A stretch of DNA of 16,895 bases from an uncultured Nitrososphaerota archaeon. GTDB lineage: Archaea; Korarchaeota; Korarchaeia; Korarchaeales; Korarchaeaceae. Positions 1 through 7,130 of this stretch are shown here, piece by piece. The stretch is from the NCBI GenBank assembly GCA_964480775.1, contig CAYZRF010000031.1, forward strand, positions 1 through 16,895. Reading direction: 5' to 3'. A program made the position numbers and the translations under genes. How positions within the stretch are numbered: position 1 is the stretch's first letter; every line of letters starts with the position of its first letter. The notes below the pieces were generated by a model that saw nothing but the letters and a program-made list of their open reading frames with translations, was not told the origin of the DNA and did not search any database.

Positions 1-229
1 TGTCAAATACACGCTGCCAGTAATCTCGCCATTCTTCTTTATCGTGAGTGCGAGATATTAGGATGATTTCTGCAATTGCAGGGCCAAACAGTCCAAGGGC
101 ACCGAGAATTATTGCTGGAAATGTAAAGACATTCCAGCCTAGCAATATAACCCATATCCAGAAAAACCATGAAATACCAAGAGCAAGAGCAAAAAACCGC
201 CATGGATTTGCTTTTGAAATTGTTTTCAT
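1..229 (-). CDS. CPBP-family (CAAX/Abi-like) intramembrane protease, N-terminal part; the gene runs off the window start
   Basis: Not in the ORF track because it is cut by the window edge. My reverse-complement translation from the ATG at 229..227 is MKTISKANPWRFFALALGISWFFWIWVILLGWNVFTFPAIILGALGLFGPAIAEIILISRTHDKEEWRDYWQRVFD, open to position 2. The Trp-rich first TM helix followed by LGxFGPxIAE matches the N-termini of CPBP proteins as I recall them. The catalytic EExxxR/H motifs would lie outside the window. Confidence 0.5.
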   Translation of the reverse strand, partial: MKTISKANPWRFFALALGISWFFWIWVILLGWNVFTFPAIILGALGLFGPAIAEIILISRTHDKEEWRDYWQRVFD

Positions 230-275
230 GCTATTTACCCTTTTCGTTTGTTGGTCTCATATTAAGTGCGGGAGC

Positions 276-283
276 CAGAATTT
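276..283 (-). promoter_or_regulatory. Candidate archaeal TATA box for the CPBP gene
   Basis: The minus strand reads TTTATATA (plus strand tatataaa at 276-283), about 47 nt upstream of the ATG at 229. This fits a TSS ~25 nt downstream and a short leader. Confidence 0.3.
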
Positions 284-533
284 CATATATAAACGCTGTT
301 AAGCGAAGTGCCTATTTTTCCTTGTTCTCCTTAACATTTTTAAAGCATTTCTGTACCTTTAATAAGCATTTTATTTTTTGTGCAAGAAACATCGATGTCA
401 GCGATATGGTTCAATGTTGTTAAGCAATCAATATAATGTATTGGCTTTGGATCTCCTCCCAGCTTAGTAACATACTAAGCACAGCAGCGTAGCAATTTAA
501 TCGCCAGCCAGTGCATTAAGTAATAATTTGCAT

Positions 534-700
534 TTATCATTCTCTCTTATTTGCAGATAGCACTTCGCCTAACGTTTTGCGGATAAAAAAGTTGCCAAAG
601 GCAATTTGGGGAAATTTTCGATTTCTCCTTTATCCCGCTGTTATACGCAGCGAACGCAGTGAGTGTAGTCGGCGCAAGGGACATTGATTTAATCTTTTTG
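534..700 (+). ncRNA. Structured repeat element, copy A (candidate ncRNA or MITE-like element; unclassified)
   Basis: Enclosing stem gcggataaa (579-587) / tttatcccgc (629-638). Hairpin 1 is aagttgcc-aaa-ggcaattt (589-607). Hairpin 2 is ggggaaat-tttcg-atttctcc (608-628). The conserved 3' tail tgtta...gcgaacgcagtgag...ggcgcaagggacattga ends in a T5 run (695-699). It is homologous to copy B at 878-1090. The G.T pairs (591.605, 610.626) are tolerated only if the + strand is the RNA. Confidence 0.35.
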
Positions 701-850
701 AAATAAACCAACAATTCCAATTATTAGTCCTATCAAAACGATAAGGAATTCAATGCCTCCCAAGTTACTTGATTGATCTACCATAATAAATCCACCAAAT
801 AGCATTATCATAATTCCTAAAATCATTGTCTTAATTGGTTTGAGATTCAT
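689..850 (-). CDS. Small (53 aa) predicted two-TM membrane protein, unannotated in the ORF track
   Basis: My translation is MNLKPIKTMILGIMIMLFGGFIMVDQSSNLGGIEFLIVLIGLIIGIVGLFQKD*. It has two hydrophobic segments with Gly-rich packing. A GAGGT Shine-Dalgarno sits 8 nt upstream of the ATG (minus-strand gaaaagaggtaataaaaaATG). The stop codon TAA (691..689) lies inside the right end of element copy A. Confidence 0.4.
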   Translation of the reverse strand: MNLKPIKTMILGIMIMLFGGFIMVDQSSNLGGIEFLIVLIGLIIGIVGLFQKD

Positions 851-877
851 TTTTTATTACCTCTTTTCATAAATTAA

Positions 878-1090
878 TTATCATTTCTTTTTAAATCTTC
901 TTATTTTGTTTGCGTCCTGAAGCCGATTGGGTATAAGGTTTCGGGGATATGTGAAGTTTGCCGTAAGGCGAAACTTGGGCGTAGCCGAAGGCAAAGCCAC
1001 ATATCCTCCTGTTGTCCTAGTGCGATAGCACCGAAGCGAAGCTGAGAGTTTGGCTCGGCGGGACATTGAAATCTTAAATTGCCTTTTTCT
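878..1090 (+). ncRNA. Structured repeat element, copy B (candidate ncRNA or MITE-like element; unclassified)
   Basis: Enclosing stem ggggatatgtg (943-953) / cacatatcctc (998-1008). Hairpin 1 is aagtttgcc-GTAA-ggcgaaactt (954-976, GNRA loop). Hairpin 2 is centred on gcc-gaa-ggc (984-992). An extra hairpin gtgc-gata-gcac sits at 1020-1031. The tail cgaagcgaagctgag...ggctcggcgggacattga is followed by a T5 run (1084-1088). TTTTTAAA at 888-895 could act as a TATA box. The order of parts is the same as in copy A. Confidence 0.35.
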
Positions 1091-1537
1091 AGTTCTTTCT
1101 TTCTCGACCTCTTCCGGTATTATTACTGTTCGAGCAATAAGCTCTTCATCGTTCCTTGTTTTCACATATTTCAAAATGACTGCATTGATACTAACTCCAT
1201 AATTATTTGAGAGCCATTCAATCATCCTTTGAAGTGACTCTTCAATCGAAAAACCAACAAGGAGAATTCTCTGAGTTTTATTAATGGTCAAATCTTCTAG
1301 ATCAATTTCTTCAAATTTCTCACTTAAGTAGTCTTCCGAACCTTGGTTAGTGTATCTGGTACATATTTCGCTGAGCTTATCAACATCCCACGAAGAAACA
1401 TCTGAAGCATAATCAATGGCTTGAGTTAATACATCTCTTGGGAGTTTATCTCTTTTCAATTCAACTACAACAAGATTTCCTGATTTATCTATAAGATTTA
1501 TTAAACGAAGCTTCAAGTTGTTCGTATGTGAATGCAT
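881..1537 (-). pseudogene. Remnant of a PD-(D/E)xK (NucS/DUF91-like) nuclease-family gene, truncated at the 5' end and running into repeat element B at the 3' end
   Basis: IDKSGNLVVVELKRDKLPRDVLTQAIDYASDV matches the (D)...ExK core plus the following helix of NucS/RecB-like nucleases. Only ~20 residues precede the motif, and the frame closes 14 codons upstream of the Met, inside argS. From about nt 1078 downward the ORF (FKISMSRRAKLSASLRCYRTRTTGGY...) is simply a translation of element B and is not protein-like. Confidence 0.5.
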
Positions 1538-3424
1538 TTGGACCCCCTTAATGAAGTAAGAAGAGCTTTCGCTGATAACTTATCGAAAGTGATCAAGAAC
1601 CTGTATTCTTTTGACATCAAAGTAACCGTCTCAAGAGTTCCAAATCTGAATTTTGGGGATCTTGGTTCTCCTGTGGCTTTCGAACTAGCAAAAATCCTGA
1701 AAAAGGAGCCAAATGAGATATCTAATCAACTTTCTGCATCTTTAGACGTTTCTTCCATACCTTATGCCCATTCTTCTGATGCAAAGGGTGGATTTGTTAA
1801 CCTAAAGCTTAACAGAAAGGATTTTGCAAAGGCTGTAATAGACTCTACTATCAAAGTTGGGCCTGATTTCGGCTCCTCACTAATCGAGAGAAGTAGGGTC
1901 ATGGTGGAGCACACTAGTGCCAATCCAGTTCATCCACTTCACGTTGGTAGTGGTAGGAATGCTGTAATCGGGGACACTTTTGCTAACATCCTTGAGAAAC
2001 TTGGCTTTGAGGTTTCAAGGCACTACTTAGTTAATGACAGCGGAAGACAGGCCTCACTTCTCGTCTATGCCAGATCAAAGCTACCAGATGCCAAGGTTGA
2101 GGGCAAGCCAGACCACTGGTACGGCGTCCTTTATGCCGCTTGCAACTGCATAATCGAACTCAAGAAAAGAAGAGGGAAAGAGGCTGAGGAATGGAAAGAA
2201 GCCCTTGAAGAGCTTAGAAAAAGGGCACCTGATTTAGTAAACAAACTTGAGGAGGAAATAAACAAGGATGAGAACCCTGAAGCCTCTGTTGCAGAACTCA
2301 ACAAGAAATACCAAGAGGGAAAGGATGAGGTCGTGAAAGCCATGTTTCGCGAAGTCACTGAGGCTGTTATGGAGGGGTTCAAGCAGACTCTAAAGAGGCT
2401 AGGGATAAGGCACGATGCTTATGACTGGGAGAGCGATCTTATTTGGGGAGGATGGATAGACAAAGCTTTGGAGAGGGTGAAAAAGACGGGCTACCTTGAG
2501 AAAGAGGATGGCGCATACTACGTAAACCTGCTTAAGGCTGCTGAGGAGCGGGAAGACATAAGGAAAGTCCTTGGAGGAGATCTTGAAGAGATAAGGACGA
2601 AAATGCCTCCAGTCTACTATCTGAGCAGGTCTGACGGGACCTGGCTTTACACTGGGACGGATGTTGGTTATTCCCTGTATAAGTTCGAGGGATTGAAGGA
2701 GGATAAGGTCTACAACGTGATAGGAGTAGATCAGAAGATGGCTCAGCTCCAGCTTAGAGCTACAGTAGCTCTGATGGACATTGATCCAAACAAGCTGGTG
2801 CACTTCAGTTATGAGTTTGTGGATCTTCCAGAGGTAAAAATGAGCGGAAGGAGAGGAAGATACGTAACTATTGACGAGCTTTTGGATGAGGCAAAGAAAA
2901 GGGTCAAAGATCTATTGAAGGAAAGGCCTGGGATAGATAAGAAGGAGATAGAAGAAATAGCTGAAAAAGTAGCTGTTGGAGCCATAAGATACGCCTTAAT
3001 AGATGTTGTGCCCACAAAGAAGGTTATCTTCAAATGGGATAGGGTTCTAGACCTTCAGGAGAACAGCGGGCCCTTCATCCAGTATGCATATACCAGAACA
3101 AGGGGAATCCTTAGGAAGGCTGGAAACGTCCCAGAGGAATTTGATGCCTCTCATTTGAAGGATGAGATTGAAATAGAGCTTATCTATAAGATTGCTGAGC
3201 TTCCAGAAACCCTAAGAAATTGTCACTGGCTGATGCGTCCTGATATACTTGCGCAATACGCCAATGATCTTGCTATGTTGATAAACAAATTTTATGAGAG
3301 GTGTCCCGTAATTTCAGCTCCAGAAGAGACGAAGAAGGCAAGGATTTCTTTAGTAAAAGCCGCTTCTATTGCTTTAGGCAATGCGATGGATATTTTGGGT
3401 ATACCCAAGTTAGAGAGAATGTGA
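1532..3424 (+). CDS. argS: Arginyl-tRNA synthetase
   Basis: 630 aa. It has the class I HIGH-region HTSANPVHPLHVGSGRNAVIGD and MSGRRG in the KMSKS position, as in ArgRS. A C-terminal anticodon-binding helical domain (IRYALID...FIQYAYTR) is present. Length and the charged insertion resemble archaeal ArgRS. Confidence 0.95.
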   Translation: MHLDPLNEVRRAFADNLSKVIKNLYSFDIKVTVSRVPNLNFGDLGSPVAFELAKILKKEPNEISNQLSASLDVSSIPYAHSSDAKGGFVNLKLNRKDFAKAVIDSTIKVGPDFGSSLIERSRVMVEHTSANPVHPLHVGSGRNAVIGDTFANILEKLGFEVSRHYLVNDSGRQASLLVYARSKLPDAKVEGKPDHWYGVLYAACNCIIELKKRRGKEAEEWKEALEELRKRAPDLVNKLEEEINKDENPEASVAELNKKYQEGKDEVVKAMFREVTEAVMEGFKQTLKRLGIRHDAYDWESDLIWGGWIDKALERVKKTGYLEKEDGAYYVNLLKAAEEREDIRKVLGGDLEEIRTKMPPVYYLSRSDGTWLYTGTDVGYSLYKFEGLKEDKVYNVIGVDQKMAQLQLRATVALMDIDPNKLVHFSYEFVDLPEVKMSGRRGRYVTIDELLDEAKKRVKDLLKERPGIDKKEIEEIAEKVAVGAIRYALIDVVPTKKVIFKWDRVLDLQENSGPFIQYAYTRTRGILRKAGNVPEEFDASHLKDEIEIELIYKIAELPETLRNCHWLMRPDILAQYANDLAMLINKFYERCPVISAPEETKKARISLVKAASIALGNAMDILGIPKLERM

Positions 3425-3429
3425 AAACC

Positions 3430-3470
3430 ATAAGATCCCGTCGTGCCCTTGGAGATCTTATTTTAATTTA
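3430..3470 (+). terminator. Hairpin plus T-rich tract downstream of argS
   Basis: ataagatccc (3430-3439) pairs with ggagatcttat (3451-3461), giving 10 bp with one bulge. It is followed by tttaattta. It begins 6 nt after the argS stop codon. Archaeal termination mainly needs oligo-T, so function is uncertain. Confidence 0.3.
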
Positions 3471-3524
3471 ACAGAAGGAGCTACATTGAAAGATGCAATT
3501 TAGACGAAAGCGATCGAAAAGAGG

Positions 3525-5129
3525 GTGAAAGCTTTGGATTACGACATAATGATTAGAGGTGGAATTCTGATAGACGGTACTGGTAACCCGTGGATAAAGG
3601 CTGATGTAGGCATAAAAAACGGAAAGATACTTAAGATTGGTAGAATTGAAGGCGAAGCTGATATCTGTATAGATGCAGAAGGAAAAATAGTAGCCCCTGG
3701 GTTCATAGACATGCACTCTCACGACGATCTAATCTTCTTCAGGGATGTATATAACAGACCAAAGCTTCTACAGGGCGTAACAACCGTGGTCATGGGTAAC
3801 TGCGGTCTGAGTCCAGCTCCCTTAAGTTCAGAGACAATTGGGGACCTTAAGGCCTACCTCTCTATTTTGTGTGAAGAAGTAGATTTGAACTGGAGATCAT
3901 ATGGTGAGTTTCTAAGTAGGTTGGAGGCTATTCAGCCCTTAGGGACGAATGCGTTGGGTCTTGTAGGACATGGAACTGTGAGGATAGCTGTTATGGGGAT
4001 GGACGCAAGGGATCCAAATAAAGAGGAACTCGAAGAAATGAAGAAACTGATATCCCTCTCAATACAAGAAGGAGCTTTTGGTATGTCATCCGGTTTGATA
4101 TACCCCCCCGGGACTTATGCTAAGACCGAGGAGCTAATCGAACTAGCCAAAGTGGTCGCTAAGTTTGGAGGAATTTACTCCTCTCACATCAGAAACGAGG
4201 GAAAGAAGCTCATAGAGGCCGTTACTGAAGCGATAAGAATTGGTGAGAAAGCAGGAGTTCCTGTAGAGATATCTCATCATAAAGCCGCTGGGAAGGATAA
4301 TTGGGGAAAGACTGTAGAAACGCTGAAAATCATTGAAGAAGCAAGGCAACGAGGTGTAGAGGTAACAGCAGATGCATATCCCTATTCCGCTGGGAGCACT
4401 TACCTTGCTGCCTTGCTTCCTCCTTGGGCTCACGAGGGTGGGGTTGAAAAGCTCATTAAGAGGATGAAAAGCAAGGAAGAAAGGCTAAGAATAAGAAAAG
4501 CCATGGAAGAGGGAGAAGAATGGGAAAATATGTTCAAAGAGACTGGGTGGGAAGGAGTAGTGTTATCATACTCCCCAAGTTTCAGCGAGTTTGAAGGGAG
4601 AAGCTTGCTTGAGATCTCAGAAGATCTAGGAACCGACCCATTTGATCTGTTCTTTTCGATCTTAGAAAAAGACGGGACTAATTCCATGATAATCATTCAT
4701 TCAATGAGTGAGGAAGATGTAACGAGGGTTATATCTCATCCATATGTCATGATAGGAACAGATGGCTTAGATATAGGCGTTGGAAAGCCACATCCAAGGG
4801 CGTATGGAACTTTCCCCAGGATAATAAGGAAATATGTACGAGAAAAGAGGGTTTTGACCATAGAGGAGGCCATAAGAAAAATGTCCTCGATGCCAGCCCA
4901 TAAGCTTAGACTCAAGAGAAAAGGACTAATTAAAGAGGGATATGACGCAGACATAGTTGTATTCAGTTCAGATATAGTTGATCAAGCCACCTACTCAAAT
5001 CCACGAATTCCCCCAGGGGGCATTGAATTCGTGGTAGTGAACGGCGTCTTGAGTGTTGAAAGAGGGGACCTTTTGGAAAGAGGAGGCAAAATCATAAGAT
5101 CAAAAGAGAACGAGCGTGTTGCTCCTTAA
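3525..5129 (+). CDS. N-acyl-D-amino-acid deacylase (D-aminoacylase) family amidohydrolase
   Basis: 534 aa. Motifs are IRGGILIDGTGNPW...GKIVAPGFIDMHSHDD (HxH metal motif), MGNCG (Cys ligand), SSHIRNEG, EISHHKAAG and IGTDG, and the C-terminal beta-domain DADIVVF. The track start at 3525 is GTG; an ATG at 3549 (MIRGG...) is an alternative start. Confidence 0.85.
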   Translation: MKALDYDIMIRGGILIDGTGNPWIKADVGIKNGKILKIGRIEGEADICIDAEGKIVAPGFIDMHSHDDLIFFRDVYNRPKLLQGVTTVVMGNCGLSPAPLSSETIGDLKAYLSILCEEVDLNWRSYGEFLSRLEAIQPLGTNALGLVGHGTVRIAVMGMDARDPNKEELEEMKKLISLSIQEGAFGMSSGLIYPPGTYAKTEELIELAKVVAKFGGIYSSHIRNEGKKLIEAVTEAIRIGEKAGVPVEISHHKAAGKDNWGKTVETLKIIEEARQRGVEVTADAYPYSAGSTYLAALLPPWAHEGGVEKLIKRMKSKEERLRIRKAMEEGEEWENMFKETGWEGVVLSYSPSFSEFEGRSLLEISEDLGTDPFDLFFSILEKDGTNSMIIIHSMSEEDVTRVISHPYVMIGTDGLDIGVGKPHPRAYGTFPRIIRKYVREKRVLTIEEAIRKMSSMPAHKLRLKRKGLIKEGYDADIVVFSSDIVDQATYSNPRIPPGGIEFVVVNGVLSVERGDLLERGGKIIRSKENERVAP

Positions 5130-5246
5130 GGATAGTGTTCAATTTTTCAAAGTTCTTTAGCGACGCTTGCTACCTAAAAGGAGATCTCTCAGTTTAATAG
5201 GCTTATTGAATTGACGGTTTTTATTGTACAGAAGTAGTGGATAATT

Positions 5247-5695
5247 ATGAGCCAAAGCGACATTTCATATGAATTCGAGATGAACCTAGTCGGGTTCTGT
5301 GGAATATATTGCAGAGAATGCAAATACTACAAGAACATTTTTGGAATTAAGGCAAAGGACCTTCTTGCCGAGATAGAAGAAAGCGATTGGATTAAGACTG
5401 TTTGGGAAAGCCTTGATGCTCCCTTTGACATAGACCAATTCATTGCTGGACTAAAGTGGATATCATCATCAAGTGGCTGCCTTGGATGCCTTGCTGGAGC
5501 CGGATGGCTGATTGTCCAATAAGAAAATGTGCCCGCGATAAAGGAGTTAGAGGATGTTTCGAGTGTGAAGACTACCCATGCGATATAGTATTGGTGGAGG
5601 AGGCAGAGACTCAAAGAGAACTTATTGAGCAAATCAAAACAAGAGGACTAAGGGGTTACGTTAGGATGAAGAGAGGAGAAGCCAGAATAGATTAG
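5247..5695 (+). pseudogene. DUF3795-like Cys-rich protein split by a frameshift (ORFs 5247..5522 and 5456..5695)
   Basis: ORF 1 carries FCGIYCRECKYY ... GCLGCLAGAGW. ORF 2, in the frame shifted by one base, carries DCPIRKCARDKGVRGCFECEDYPCD. Together they reproduce the CGxYCxxC ... CxGC ... CxIRxC ... CxEC..(F/Y)PC pattern of the DUF3795 family as I recall it. The switch point is around 5500-5510 (ggatggctgattgtcc). Confidence 0.6.
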
Positions 5696-5796
5696 TTTTG
5701 ACGTCTAGAATATGTCAAATCCTTGTACAAGATTCATAGATGCTATCTGAGGGTGTTTGTTGAACTATGCAAAATCAGCTATTTTTATGATTACCC

Positions 5797-6234
5797 TTAT
5801 TTCCACTTTTGGGAATATCTCCATGCTGTTTCAAAGGTCTTTCCCATGCATTTAACGCAAAAACTATATTCTACGGTCGAAATTTCAAGAATTTCGTTCT
5901 TAAGCCATATTACATTAAAAAGGATAGTTGAAAACCAGATCGAGCCTGTGTTTGCTTCATTACCCTTAAAATCAACATATATCCTTGATTTTGTTGTCGC
6001 TACCTCCCCAAGCCTCTTAAACTCTTCGTTCGGTTTCTCTCCAAGAGGCAATATTATCTTTAGATCTTTGTCGACCAAAAGAGGCTTCAATTCATCCAAA
6101 AGTTTCATCGGAATGTTATTTATCCTTACTTTCCTGGATCTTCTAAGTTTATTCTTGATCTCTTCTATTCCCTCCTCAACAGTACTAAAGGTAGTAGAGA
6201 TTTTAGCTTCATATCTCCCTTCAACAATTGGCAT
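5797..6234 (-). CDS. Stand-alone paralogue of the TrmB C-terminal (effector-type) domain, no HTH; function unknown
   Basis: 145 aa. It starts 7 nt after the TrmB stop codon, with GAGGT 4 nt upstream of the ATG (ggtTGAGGTAAGATG). KLRRSRKVRINNIPMKLLDELKPLLVDKDLKIILPLGEKP aligns with ELRKAKTIWISNATTDFLERIKDTFSENAEVKVLLFPGEKK of the upstream protein. EYSFCVKCMGKTFETAW aligns with LYEDCTKCFLDWYSMSW. Confidence 0.65.
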   Translation of the reverse strand: MPIVEGRYEAKISTTFSTVEEGIEEIKNKLRRSRKVRINNIPMKLLDELKPLLVDKDLKIILPLGEKPNEEFKRLGEVATTKSRIYVDFKGNEANTGSIWFSTILFNVIWLKNEILEISTVEYSFCVKCMGKTFETAWRYSQKWK

Positions 6235-6240
6235 CTTACC

Positions 6241-6960
6241 TCAACCTTCCTCGATTGAATTCCAGCTCATGGAATACCAGTCTAAGAAGCACTTCGTACA
6301 ATCCTCATACAACATCTCATCCACGATGTAGTTTCGAGCCATTGGATCCCAGAAAACTGTAAATACCCTTTCTTCGTCTAAAATTAGGGATATTGAGGGG
6401 ACCTCTCTTCCCCTAACCACGCAAACTATCTCAACATCGGCCTCTTTGAATTTCACATACTTTACGTTTATCTTCTTTTCTCCAGGAAAAAGAAGAACCT
6501 TCACCTCCGCGTTTTCGCTGAATGTATCTTTTATTCTTTCTAGGAAGTCAGTCGTAGCATTGCTTATCCATATGGTTTTTGCCTTTCTCAACTCTCCCTT
6601 TAAATCCTTAAGCCCCAAATCAAACTTCTTTATCACAAACTTTTCCTTCATATTCCCAACCTCCCCACTAAGCGCCGTCTCAATCGAATCGAGAAACTCC
6701 TCGAAATCTTTTCTGATTTTATCAAAGACTTCGCTGGGGTTAACTGCTCTGAACAGGAGAGGTATTCCTGAGTAAATCTTCACCCATCCTTTTTGTTGCA
6801 ATGATCTCAAAACTGAGTAAATCTTTGTTCTAGGAACCCCAGATTTCTTTGAAAGCTTTGTTGCGCTATTTAAGTGATCCATTAGAAGGCTTAGGTAAAC
6901 TCTGGCTTCATATTCCGTAAGTCCTAATTTTTTGAGTTTATCGACGACGCTTTCTGTCAT
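6241..6960 (-). CDS. TrmB-family transcriptional regulator (N-terminal winged HTH plus C-terminal domain)
   Basis: 239 aa. KLGLTEYEARVYLSLLMDHLNSATKLSKKSGVPRTKIYSVLRSLQQKGWV is the canonical TrmB-type wHTH. Confidence 0.85.
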   Translation of the reverse strand: MTESVVDKLKKLGLTEYEARVYLSLLMDHLNSATKLSKKSGVPRTKIYSVLRSLQQKGWVKIYSGIPLLFRAVNPSEVFDKIRKDFEEFLDSIETALSGEVGNMKEKFVIKKFDLGLKDLKGELRKAKTIWISNATTDFLERIKDTFSENAEVKVLLFPGEKKINVKYVKFKEADVEIVCVVRGREVPSISLILDEERVFTVFWDPMARNYIVDEMLYEDCTKCFLDWYSMSWNSIEEG

Positions 6961-7130
6961 TAAGTCTAAGGGAAACGCCGAAATAAATAGTTAATGTAAC
7001 TCAAATGGGTTAATAGTTATTTTAAGGCCAAAAGATTCGCGTATTTGACGATCACACATTCTTGAGAGTTAATTGGGGTTGATCGCTCGAAAAAGTAAAG
7101 TTCAATAGGCGGAATCTCTCATCTTGCTCT

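Noticed and set aside
283-312. Possible third, partial copy of the repeat element (acgctgttaagcgaagtgcc resembles cgctgtta...gcgaa of copies A/B)
   Set aside because: Only an 8-mer (cgctgtta) plus a gcgaag motif match. The enclosing stem and the two hairpins are absent upstream. This is within chance expectation.
48-423. Track ORFs 48..302 (+) and 169..423 (+)
   Set aside because: Both are antisense to, or overlap, the much more protein-like CPBP N-terminus on the minus strand (1..229) and its promoter region. Their sequences are odd in composition, with no recognisable motif and no Shine-Dalgarno.
545-1066. Small ORFs on the minus strand starting at the conserved ATGTCCC of each element (45 aa from 684; 61 aa from 1066), considered as a small-protein family
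   Set aside because: The two translations share only MS...Y at fixed spacing. Indels between the copies are not multiples of three. The composition (R/T/S-rich) is unlike the local proteins. The conserved features are paired stems, which argues for RNA/DNA structure rather than coding.
495-1075. Short direct repeats flanking each element as putative target-site duplications (ATTTAATC at 495-502 and 687-694; AAATCTT at 894-900 and 1069-1075)
   Set aside because: 7-8 bp AT-rich matches are plausible by chance in AT-rich intergenic DNA. In copy A the left repeat lies outside the region homologous to copy B. I found no terminal inverted repeats, so a MITE with TSDs is not demonstrated.
2131-3033. 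Antisense ORFs inside argS (2131..2382, 2399..2803, 2809..3033). Similar ones lie inside the aminoacylase gene (4143..4954), the rimK-like gene/ftr/fwd genes (10668..15676), the TrmB gene (6446..6775), the Lrp gene (8087..8587) and the ARH gene (7838..8110)
   Set aside because: All lie opposite long ORFs with strong family signatures. They are S/L/F-rich mirror-frame artefacts with no motifs or translation signals.
5723-6331. Track ORF 5723..6331 (+), 202 aa
   Set aside because: It is fully antisense to the 145-aa gene and the 3' end of the TrmB gene. Its F/L/S-rich composition is typical of the reverse strand of K/E/I-rich genes. The minus-strand gene has a Shine-Dalgarno, operon spacing and paralogy to TrmB.
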